The position numbers and the translations under genes were made by a program. From assembly GCA_963783435.1 (NCBI GenBank), contig CAWANQ010000013.1:7426-71425 (forward strand): a stretch of 64,000 nt of DNA. Direction: 5' to 3'. Position 1 is the stretch's first letter. Every line of letters begins with the position of its first letter. The stretch comes from an uncultured Bacteroidota bacterium (GTDB lineage: Bacteria > Bacteroidota > Bacteroidia > Bacteroidales > GCA-2748055). The notes beneath the pieces are model-generated. The model had not been told where the DNA came from. It worked only from the letters and a program-made list of their open reading frames with translations, and searched no databases. Positions 47,524 through 55,244 of this stretch are shown here, in pieces.

Positions 47524-49857
47524 ATGAGTAAAACATTAAATCAACGAATGATCGGGCTGATCTGCCTCTCTCTTATTGTTGCATCAACAGTTTCAGGACA
47601 GGTGAAGCATGCACCTGAAAAGCTTACTGCAACCGATTATGCCAGGGCTGAGAGCTTTCTTTCTGCGTCTACCAGTCCAAAGATCTTTAAAACCAGTGTT
47701 CGACCCGAGTGGGTCGATAGCCATCGGTTCTGGTATAAGAATAGTCTGCCTGAAGGTACTGAATATATCATGGTGGACGCAGTGGAAAAAGTACGTTTAC
47801 CTGCATTCGATCATGAGAAATTGGCAAAAGCCCTGGGTAAATCGAATGGAACTGCCATGGATCCTTTAAAGTTGAGGTTAACTTCTCTTAGTTTCGATGA
47901 CAAAGGAGGCCTTGCAGGATTTAGTTTCATGGGGAAGAAGTTTAGCTACAATCCGAAGAAAAACTCATGTAAAGAGGAGGGCCGCAGCCTTGCTCAATCA
48001 CGAGGAGCTGCTACCTCCCCGGATGGAAACTGGAAGGCGTTTATCAAAGACTACAATCTGTGGATAGAGAATCTCAATACAGGGGAGGAGAAACAGCTTA
48101 CTACCGATGGAGAAGAGGACTTTGGTTATGCCACAAACAATGCAGGCTGGACCCGCAGTAAGGAACCTGTACTTCTTTGGTCCCCGGATTCAAAAAAGAT
48201 AGCCACCTTTCAGCATGATGGAAGGGGTGTGGGTGAAATGTACCTGGCCACAACCAATGTGGGACATCCCAAACTTCAGGCCTGGAAGTATCCCCTTCCC
48301 GGGGACAGTGTGATTTTCAGGATCCAGCGGGTGGTGATTCACATCGATGGTCCTGATGTAGTCAGGCTACAAATGGAGGCTGACCCCCACAGGTCCACCA
48401 CTACTGACCACATAGCAACAAGAGGAGGCCAGTTTGCTGACGTGGAATGGAGTTCGGACGGATCTAGCCTTTCCTTTGTATCCACCTCGAGAGACCATAA
48501 GCATGTAACCTTCAGGGTGGCCAATCCAGAAACCGGGGAGGTGAGGGATGTGATGGAAGAGAGCTCAGACACCTTCTTTGAGTCGGGCTATAACATGGTA
48601 AACTGGCACTATCTTCCTGAATCCAATGAAGTGCTCTGGTTCTCTCAACGAGATAACTGGGGTCATCTATATTTGTATGATTTAATCACAGGAGCTTTCA
48701 AGCAGCAGGTAACCAAGGGGGAGTGGAATGTTCTGCAGCTTCTGCATATTGATGAGGCGACAAGAACCCTCCTTTTTATGGGTGCGGGTAAAGAACCGGG
48801 AGATCCTTATTTCCAATATCTCTACAGGGTAAATATGGATGGATCAGGTCTTAAATTACTTACGCCCGACAGCGCCAATCACCGAATTAATCTTTCTCCC
48901 GATGGGAACTATTTCGTCGATAACCATTCCACCCCTCAAATTCCTCCTGTAATTGATTTGCGTGACAAAGAAGGGAGTAAACTGGTGAATCTTGAAAAGG
49001 CTGATGTTTCAGAATTGATGGAGGCTGGCTGGGTAGCACCGGTGTCTGTGGTGGTTAAAGCGAGGGATGGGGAAACCGATCTTTATGGCTTACTTTACAA
49101 ACCCACCAACTTCGATCCTGAGAAGAAGTACCCCATTATCAACTACATATACCCGGGTCCACAATCGGGCAGTGTTAGAGGGCGCAGTTTTTCAGGGGCC
49201 AGAGGTGATAACCAGGCTTTGGCTGAGCTTGGGTTTATTGTGGTGGCCATAGATGCCATGGGAACACCCATGCGCTCAAAATCATTTCACGCAGCATATT
49301 ACGGCAACATGGGAGATAATGGATTGCCTGATCAAATCACCGGGATGAAACAGTTGGCTGAAAGACACACATGGATCGATCTGGAAAGGGTTGGGATCTA
49401 TGGGCATTCGGGTGGAGGATTTGCCTCTACGGATGCCATTCTCCGATATCCCGATTTCTTCAAGGTGGCAGTAAGTGGTGCTGGCAATCACGAGAATCGA
49501 AATTATGAGGACGCCTGGGGCGAAAAATGGCAGGGTCTGCTTGAGACATATCCCGATGGCACTACCAATTATGACAACCAGGCCAACCAGGATCTCGCAA
49601 AAAACCTGAAGGGGAAACTCCTACTGGCCCATGGAACCATGGATGGCAATGTGCCCATGTACAATACACTGCTTGTTGTGAATGAGCTGATTGCGGCAAA
49701 CAAGGATTTTGACCTGATTCTCTTCCCAAACCGATCACATGGTTTTGGCAATGAACCTTATATGATGCGAAGAAGATGGGACTATTTCGTAAAGCATCTG
49801 CTGGGAGCGGAGCCTCCTGAGAATTATGAGTTCAGGGTCAATACCTCGAGGAGGTAA
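47524..49857 (+). CDS. Dipeptidyl-peptidase IV-like S9B serine peptidase
   Basis: 777 aa with a signal peptide and a DPPIV N-terminal propeller pattern. The nucleophile motif is GHSGGGF. The C-terminal His region is FPNRSHGF. Confidence 0.8.
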   Translation: MSKTLNQRMIGLICLSLIVASTVSGQVKHAPEKLTATDYARAESFLSASTSPKIFKTSVRPEWVDSHRFWYKNSLPEGTEYIMVDAVEKVRLPAFDHEKLAKALGKSNGTAMDPLKLRLTSLSFDDKGGLAGFSFMGKKFSYNPKKNSCKEEGRSLAQSRGAATSPDGNWKAFIKDYNLWIENLNTGEEKQLTTDGEEDFGYATNNAGWTRSKEPVLLWSPDSKKIATFQHDGRGVGEMYLATTNVGHPKLQAWKYPLPGDSVIFRIQRVVIHIDGPDVVRLQMEADPHRSTTTDHIATRGGQFADVEWSSDGSSLSFVSTSRDHKHVTFRVANPETGEVRDVMEESSDTFFESGYNMVNWHYLPESNEVLWFSQRDNWGHLYLYDLITGAFKQQVTKGEWNVLQLLHIDEATRTLLFMGAGKEPGDPYFQYLYRVNMDGSGLKLLTPDSANHRINLSPDGNYFVDNHSTPQIPPVIDLRDKEGSKLVNLEKADVSELMEAGWVAPVSVVVKARDGETDLYGLLYKPTNFDPEKKYPIINYIYPGPQSGSVRGRSFSGARGDNQALAELGFIVVAIDAMGTPMRSKSFHAAYYGNMGDNGLPDQITGMKQLAERHTWIDLERVGIYGHSGGGFASTDAILRYPDFFKVAVSGAGNHENRNYEDAWGEKWQGLLETYPDGTTNYDNQANQDLAKNLKGKLLLAHGTMDGNVPMYNTLLVVNELIAANKDFDLILFPNRSHGFGNEPYMMRRRWDYFVKHLLGAEPPENYEFRVNTSRR

Positions 49858-49967
49858 ATGTAATCGGCATGTTAATTCAGCGTAAATTTGCTTTTTGAGA
49901 AGATTATTTCATCAAAAAAAGCATAACTTACAACTGATATACCCAACCAAAAATAATTCGCAATATC

Positions 49968-50831
49968 ATGGCAAAAAAGAAATCAAAAAAAGAATCAGTC
50001 AAAAAAGATAAAAAAAAGAAGGATAAGAAGGGTATTCTTGGGAAGTTGAAAGTCGTAAAGAAGAAAGCCGATAAGAAGAAGGAGGCAAAGAAAAAAGATC
50101 CTAAGAAAAAGGAAGTGAAAAAGAAGGATCTGAAGAAGACCAAGAAAAAGGTGAGCGATAAGAAGAAGCCTTCAAAGAAAGAGAAGGATCTGAAGAAGAC
50201 CAAGAAAAAGGAGAGCGATAAGAAGAAGCCTTCAAAGAAAGAGAAGGATCTGAAGAAGACCAAGAAAAAGGAGAGCGATAAGAAGAAGCCTTCAAAGAAA
50301 AAGAAGGTATCAAAGAAAGGAGCGAAAAAAAAGGTGGCTATAAAGGTGGCTAAGGCGGCGGCTAAACCCGCTCCCGAGCCCGTGGTTAAAGTAGCAGCGA
50401 AGCCAACTTCGAAGCCAGTGGTAAAAACCGCTCCCAGGCCAGCGCCCAAAGCCACGGCAAAACCCGCGCCCAAAGCGGCTGCAAAAGTGGCGGCAAAGCC
50501 TGTGCCCAAAGCCACGGCTAAAGCGGCACCCAAACCCGTTGCAAAAGTGGCGGCAAAGCCTGTGCCCAAAGCCACGGCTAAAGCGGCACCCAAACCCGTT
50601 GCAAAAGTGGCGGCAAAACCTGCACCCAAGCCAGTTGTAAAAACCGCTCCGAAACCCGCGTCCAAACCAGTGGCTAAGGCGGCGGATCACAGTGCGAAAT
50701 ATAACGTAAGGGATGCCCTTAAAAAACTTCGGGCGCTCAAGAACCGGGATCAGGTGATGGCATTTGTCAAAGGAGAGAAAAGAGTGACTGTTACAAAAGC
50801 CATTCCTACCGCATTGAATCGATTGAAATAG
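49968..50831 (+). CDS. Histone-H1-like, extremely Lys/Ala/Pro-rich repeat protein with a short non-repetitive C-terminal domain
   Basis: 287 aa. The N-terminal half consists of KK-rich 20-aa repeats. The middle has AAKPxPK repeats similar to AlgP/H1 tails. The last ~45 aa, YNVRDALKKLRALKNRDQVMAFVKGEKRVTVTKAIPTALNRLK, are non-repetitive. Confidence 0.6.
   Translation: MAKKKSKKESVKKDKKKKDKKGILGKLKVVKKKADKKKEAKKKDPKKKEVKKKDLKKTKKKVSDKKKPSKKEKDLKKTKKKESDKKKPSKKEKDLKKTKKKESDKKKPSKKKKVSKKGAKKKVAIKVAKAAAKPAPEPVVKVAAKPTSKPVVKTAPRPAPKATAKPAPKAAAKVAAKPVPKATAKAAPKPVAKVAAKPVPKATAKAAPKPVAKVAAKPAPKPVVKTAPKPASKPVAKAADHSAKYNVRDALKKLRALKNRDQVMAFVKGEKRVTVTKAIPTALNRLK
50124..50303 (+). repeat. Three near-identical 60-bp tandem repeats inside the H1-like CDS
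   Basis: Direct reading shows units at 50124-50183, 50184-50243 and 50244-50303. They differ by 1-2 nt. A second 60-bp-period block lies at 50481-50625. Confidence 0.9.
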
Positions 50832-50859
50832 CTTGAGTCACTAAAATGGGTCGTCCCTT

Positions 50860-51576
50860 TTAAGGTCTGGTCTCATTGGGTTTTACCTGTTTGGATTTTG
50901 ATCCCGGGGGCGGACCCTTGTATGGTTTGAGCTTGAGGAATACTCCATATCCGTCCTGATCATCGGTATATCCCCTGGCAAAAACCTTATCGACCTCTTC
51001 GGTCATTTTTGGCCCGCTGACATACTTCTTAATGAATTTCTGAAGCTCATCGGTGGGGGCTGTCAACAATTGCCTGGTGTAATCGGGAAGTTCAATGGTT
51101 TCATGTTTGATCCGGATGCGGTTTTCCTCAAACAGTTCGGTGAGCCATTCCTCGGCAAACCAATAGAGCAGTATGCTGTCACTGTTATACTGCACCCTGG
51201 CCAGGGTATGAGTGGGAACGTGATGCCAACAGGTAAAATCATTCACACAATGCTCCTCTTCGGGTTCAGGGTAGAAATCCACATAATTCACTCCATTCAA
51301 TTGAAAAAGAGTTCCCTCAAATAAACCAGGTTTATCCTCGTCTTCATAATAAGTGATCCGGTAGGAGTCATCCGTTATTTCAGGGCCCATGAAATATTCA
51401 CTAAAGCTATTGGACTGGATTGTCCAAATGCATGAATCCCCATCTATCCAGGTTCCTACCATCTCTTCATCGTAGAATTTATCCTTCTCTTTAAAGAAAG
51501 GATGCAGTGAGCTTACCAGGCAACCGGTCATGGATGCCAGTACTAAGATTGTGAGTATTACAAATGAGCGTCTCAT
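50860..51576 (-). CDS. Hypothetical lipoprotein
   Basis: 238 aa. The signal and lipobox are LASMTGC. I recognised no family. Confidence 0.45.
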   Translation of the reverse strand: MRRSFVILTILVLASMTGCLVSSLHPFFKEKDKFYDEEMVGTWIDGDSCIWTIQSNSFSEYFMGPEITDDSYRITYYEDEDKPGLFEGTLFQLNGVNYVDFYPEPEEEHCVNDFTCWHHVPTHTLARVQYNSDSILLYWFAEEWLTELFEENRIRIKHETIELPDYTRQLLTAPTDELQKFIKKYVSGPKMTEEVDKVFARGYTDDQDGYGVFLKLKPYKGPPPGSKSKQVKPNETRP

Positions 51577-51787
51577 GATCTTTAAGTTTTAATTTCCATG
51601 TAAACATCCGGGAATTGATATGGCTTGGCAACTTTTTTCGATGAAACAGACTGCTTTATCGGTGAAATGGAGAGAGAAATTATTAATCCCAATAGAAAAT
51701 AGAAATAGTAGGCTATAAAAAACTGAATTGTTCACATTAACCCTTATAAGCAATGTGGAAGTTTAATTCATTTAATCATTAACTTTG

Positions 51788-52036
51788 ATGGACAAACATT
51801 TTTACAACAGTATGGGTTTAGAGCGTAGAAAATTGAATCTTATCAATTGGATTTCAAGCTTAAAGGATGAAAGCCTGTTAAAAAGGATTGAATCCATAAG
51901 AAGTGAGGAGAGTAATTGGTGGGAGCAAATCTCTAATGAAGAGAGGGCTGAGATTGAACTTGGTCTTTCTCAACTTGACAAAGGAGAATACATTCCTCAT
52001 GAGCAGGTCATGAAGAAGTATTCAAGATGGACTTGA
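51788..52036 (+). CDS. Putative antitoxin of a type II toxin-antitoxin pair
   Basis: This is a small ORF of about 80 aa whose stop overlaps the toxin start (ATGGACTTGA). The start is uncertain and could instead be the later Met at 51812. Confidence 0.5.
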   Translation: MDKHFYNSMGLERRKLNLINWISSLKDESLLKRIESIRSEESNWWEQISNEERAEIELGLSQLDKGEYIPHEQVMKKYSRWT

Positions 52037-52323
52037 AAATAATTTGGTCCCCCAGGGCATTGGAAGGTTTTGATCAAATTATACTTTATCTGGAGAGAAA
52101 TTGGTCAGAAAAGGAGGTCCGTGCATTCGTTGGGCAAATAAACCAGTTCTTAGAACTTTTGTCTAAAAATCCAAGACTGCTTCAAAAATGCTCCAAACAG
52201 AGAAACCTGTATCGTGGCCCTATGAATAGGCTTACCATTCTAACTTACCGAATTAATCGGGGGGAGAATACGATTGAACTGGTGAATATTAGACCTGCAA
52301 AACAGGAACCGACCGATAAATAA
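52027..52323 (+). CDS. RelE/ParE-family type II toxin
   Basis: 98 aa. The sequence IIWSPRALEGFDQIILYLERNWSEKEVRAFV...YRGPMNRLTILTYRI..NTIELVNI fits the ParE-like plasmid-stabilisation toxin pattern. Confidence 0.7.
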   Translation: MDLKIIWSPRALEGFDQIILYLERNWSEKEVRAFVGQINQFLELLSKNPRLLQKCSKQRNLYRGPMNRLTILTYRINRGENTIELVNIRPAKQEPTDK

Positions 52324-52337
52324 AGAGTTCTAATAGT

Positions 52338-53336
52338 CTAATTATTCAAGGCCACCTTCAGGATAAATGGATCAAAAACCTGGCATATGTACAGGTGGTT
52401 TTCATAGATCAAAGCAGTTGACCCGGCGCTGATCTGAGAGCCATCCGTATAAAAGAGGGAAACATATGCGCCTGTTTCCGGTTCAACCAAAAAGACCTCT
52501 ACCGGGGATAGTTTATCAGGGTTTTTAGTATGCTTTATAAAGCGAAATGGTTTTACATGACCAGTTGTCAGTAACTGGCCCTTGTATAACCTGATGTTGT
52601 CGTTTCCCTTCAGATCTTTAAACTCGGTTACATATTCAAGCTTGTCCCCGTTTATTTCGAAAACATGTATCTGATTCTGGATGGCATCTCCAGCAAACAG
52701 CTTGTTTCCAATTCGGTTGATCCCTGCCGGATAGCTCAGTTTTTCGGCTACCACCTTTGAATTCCACTGTCCCTCTTTGTTTTTACTTAATCGCACCACA
52801 CTGGCTCGCTTGAGCTTAAAGATCTTTTCGCTCAGGCTTCCGCGTTTCCCCGAATCATTCACAAAATAGATCTCTCCATCGGGCCCGGTTACAAGTGCAT
52901 TGGGCGAATGCTGATTAGAAGAATTGGCTAAATCTTTGAATTCAAGGCTATCCCCATGTACCCTGTAGATCAGAATGGGGTGGTAGTCGGGCTCCATTTC
53001 ATGACTGATTACATAGAGCAGATCTCCATCGAGATAGATTCCATGTGGCTTAAACAGCAGATCGCCGGGTTCATTATAACGGATCATTTCTTTCTGGACG
53101 CCCGAATGTAGCCCATAGGAGATAATCTCACCGTAGGGTTTATGTTCTTCCCGACGTGCCGAGCATGAGATAAGCAGCCTGGGTTCTCCGTGCAGGGTAT
53201 CAATCACCATATCTTCGGGGCCAGGTTTTAATTCGATCTTTTCTGGAGTCACTTCTGATTTACCAGGAAGAGCTAAACCGCAATAAAAGGTGAATGCAAG
53301 GGCAGTAACAAGGAGGGTTCTGATCATATTTTTCAT
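52338..53336 (-). CDS. Six-bladed beta-propeller protein, paraoxonase/arylesterase (SGL/strictosidine-synthase)-like
   Basis: I chose the start at MKNMIRTLLVTALAF, which gives a signal peptide. Motifs include KPHGIYLDGDLLYVISH and PNALVTGPDGEIYFVNDSG. Confidence 0.5.
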   Translation of the reverse strand: MKNMIRTLLVTALAFTFYCGLALPGKSEVTPEKIELKPGPEDMVIDTLHGEPRLLISCSARREEHKPYGEIISYGLHSGVQKEMIRYNEPGDLLFKPHGIYLDGDLLYVISHEMEPDYHPILIYRVHGDSLEFKDLANSSNQHSPNALVTGPDGEIYFVNDSGKRGSLSEKIFKLKRASVVRLSKNKEGQWNSKVVAEKLSYPAGINRIGNKLFAGDAIQNQIHVFEINGDKLEYVTEFKDLKGNDNIRLYKGQLLTTGHVKPFRFIKHTKNPDKLSPVEVFLVEPETGAYVSLFYTDGSQISAGSTALIYENHLYICQVFDPFILKVALNN

Positions 53337-53355
53337 GCGTGGAGTGGCTTTACTC

Positions 53356-53408
53356 AAATGTATAGAATTATCACGAACTCCTGAAGCAACCCAAATCATA
53401 TTTTCTTC
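53356..53408. repeat. 53-bp direct repeat, copy 1
   Basis: aaatgtatagaattatcacgaactcctgaagcaacccaaatcatattttcttc is identical to 53934-53986. Confidence 0.9.
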
Positions 53409-53933
53409 TGTTAGGTCGTTAGGACACCTTGTACGGTTTTTCACAGGGTTTTGTCTGGGATTATGTCCACCAGTTCCTACTCCTGAGTAGGCCCAATTGT
53501 ATCATGGGTAATAAGGCCTTTAAGATGTATTAAACGCTTCCAGGATGCATTTCGACATTCAGGGCTGATGTCGACACCAAGGGCAAAAAAATCGAGGATA
53601 GATATGAATTATCCAGTTGTTGACTATTTTGATGTTGATTTGGATAATAATTGTCTATCGATAGATGTAAATTATCCGAAAAGCACCAAAAAAGTATAGT
53701 AACCAGATAATTTTTATCCCTTTTTCAGGAGCAGCATCTGGATAATCCAGCTTGAGAAAGGGATGGTAAGTTATTTGGAGGGGACTGCTGAATATGACGA
53801 ATGATGGAAGAGTTGGGACCCGGCATTTCTTAATTGGATCCCGCGGCACCGGAACAAGTAAGAAAGAGAAGGAAATTTGGCTTGAAAATCAATGTGGATC
53901 CCATCCATATTAAGAAGAAAGTCCTTCACGGAA

Positions 53934-53986
53934 AAATGTATAGAATTATCACGAACTCCTGAAGCAACCCAAATCATATTTTCTTC
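53934..53986. repeat. 53-bp direct repeat, copy 2
   Basis: Identical to 53356-53408 and in the same orientation. It ends 31 nt upstream of the 54018 ATG. Confidence 0.9.
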
Positions 53987-54017
53987 ATCTTATGGGTAGA
54001 ACAAATGCTTTTGTGGT

Positions 54018-54437
54018 ATGAAGAAGTTGTTGCTATTGCTGTTTGTCTTACTCATGATAGCCTGTGAAAAGGAGCTTGTGGATAGGAAGGCACTTGGGGA
54101 GAATGTAGGTATTATGGGTACCTGGATAGAGAATGGGTATGAAGAGGATGTGACACTGCTTCATCGGGAAGATCAGCTTGATCCCTCAAAATATGGTTTC
54201 ACCTTAGAGGAAAATGGCTCCTTTGTTGAAAGGAAGAATGCAGGCTGGTGTGGCACACCTCCCATCACCTATGAAAACTTTGAGGGTTCCTGGGATGCTC
54301 TGTCCGACAGCCTTATTGAAATTACAGTGGCTTACTGGGGAGGTACCATGACCTACCAGATGAGAATTGTATCCCTCGGCCCCGAGGAATTGCGAATCAG
54401 GTATCTCTATACCGACGACAGGGTGAATGCCCGGTAG
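54018..54437 (+). CDS. Hypothetical lipoprotein (lipocalin-like size)
   Basis: 139 aa with the lipobox LLMIAC. Confidence 0.45.
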   Translation: MKKLLLLLFVLLMIACEKELVDRKALGENVGIMGTWIENGYEEDVTLLHREDQLDPSKYGFTLEENGSFVERKNAGWCGTPPITYENFEGSWDALSDSLIEITVAYWGGTMTYQMRIVSLGPEELRIRYLYTDDRVNAR

Positions 54438-54485
54438 TTCCTAAAATCAAAATTTCATTTATCTTCGCTGTCCATACTTTAGCCC

Positions 54486-55244
54486 ATGGATAGCCATAAT
54501 TTCACCACACTACTCTGGGTCTGGACTCTAGTGGGTCTGGCAACCTTTGTCTTATTGCTATTTGTTACGGCGCCCTATGGAAGACACAGCAGAAAGGACT
54601 GGGGACCCAGTATCCCCAACCGGCTGGCCTGGTTCTTAATGGAGTTTGTATCCCTTCTGGTTTTTGTTCTCAGTTTCCTGCTGGGTCCCAATGGGATACA
54701 GCCGGTCACCTGGATCTTCTTTGCCATATATGTAGGCCACTATACCAACCGATCCATTATCTGGCCGTGGCGTACCCGGACTTCCGGAAAACAGATGCCC
54801 CTGGTGGTAGCCTTATTGGCTCTCTGTTTTAACCTGATCAATGGATTTATTAACGGATATTATTTTTCGGCCTTTGCCCGGGTCTACACCTGGGATTGGT
54901 TGATTGACCTGCGGTTTATTCTTGGAATAATTGTTTTCTGCGCCGGGGTGTTCATTAACTGGTGGTCCGATCAGATCCTGTTGAATCTGCGTAGAGGTGG
55001 AAAGAAGGGTTATTTTATTCCCAGGGGGGGGATGTTTCGTTGGGTCTCCTGCCCCAATTTTTTTGGAGAGATTCTCGAATGGACAGGCTTTGCGATTATG
55101 ACCTGGAGCCCTGCAGCACTGGTGTTTGCCCTCTGGACTTTCTTCAATCTGGTTCCCAGAGCTCTGGATCACCATAAATGGTACCGGAAAACCTTCGCGG
55201 ATTATCCCCAGGAAAGAAAAGCCATACTTCCAGGACTTATATAG
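54486..55244 (+). CDS. 3-oxo-5-alpha-steroid 4-dehydrogenase (steroid 5-alpha-reductase) family membrane protein
   Basis: 252 aa and polytopic. The C-terminal motif is FRWVSCPNFFGEILEWTGFA. Confidence 0.65.
   Translation: MDSHNFTTLLWVWTLVGLATFVLLLFVTAPYGRHSRKDWGPSIPNRLAWFLMEFVSLLVFVLSFLLGPNGIQPVTWIFFAIYVGHYTNRSIIWPWRTRTSGKQMPLVVALLALCFNLINGFINGYYFSAFARVYTWDWLIDLRFILGIIVFCAGVFINWWSDQILLNLRRGGKKGYFIPRGGMFRWVSCPNFFGEILEWTGFAIMTWSPAALVFALWTFFNLVPRALDHHKWYRKTFADYPQERKAILPGLI

Noticed and set aside
50124-50625. Possible CRISPR-like array (regular 60-bp periodicity)
   Set aside because: The repeats are contiguous, with no unique spacers. They lie inside a continuous ORF and there are no cas genes in the window.
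49928-50665. 245-aa minus-strand ORF rich in G/F/A/L repeats
   Set aside because: It is the reverse-complement reading of the Lys/Ala/Pro-rich tandem repeats. Its composition mirrors the sense-strand repeats and it has no independent start context. The plus-strand H1-like ORF has a clean ATG and a non-repetitive C-terminal domain.
53356-53408. The 53-bp repeat as a tRNA-gene fragment (integrase att site)
   Set aside because: It has no T-loop (GGTTCGAAT-like) or acceptor-stem features. No integrase gene is nearby. The att-scar idea is kept only as a low-probability alternative in the finding.
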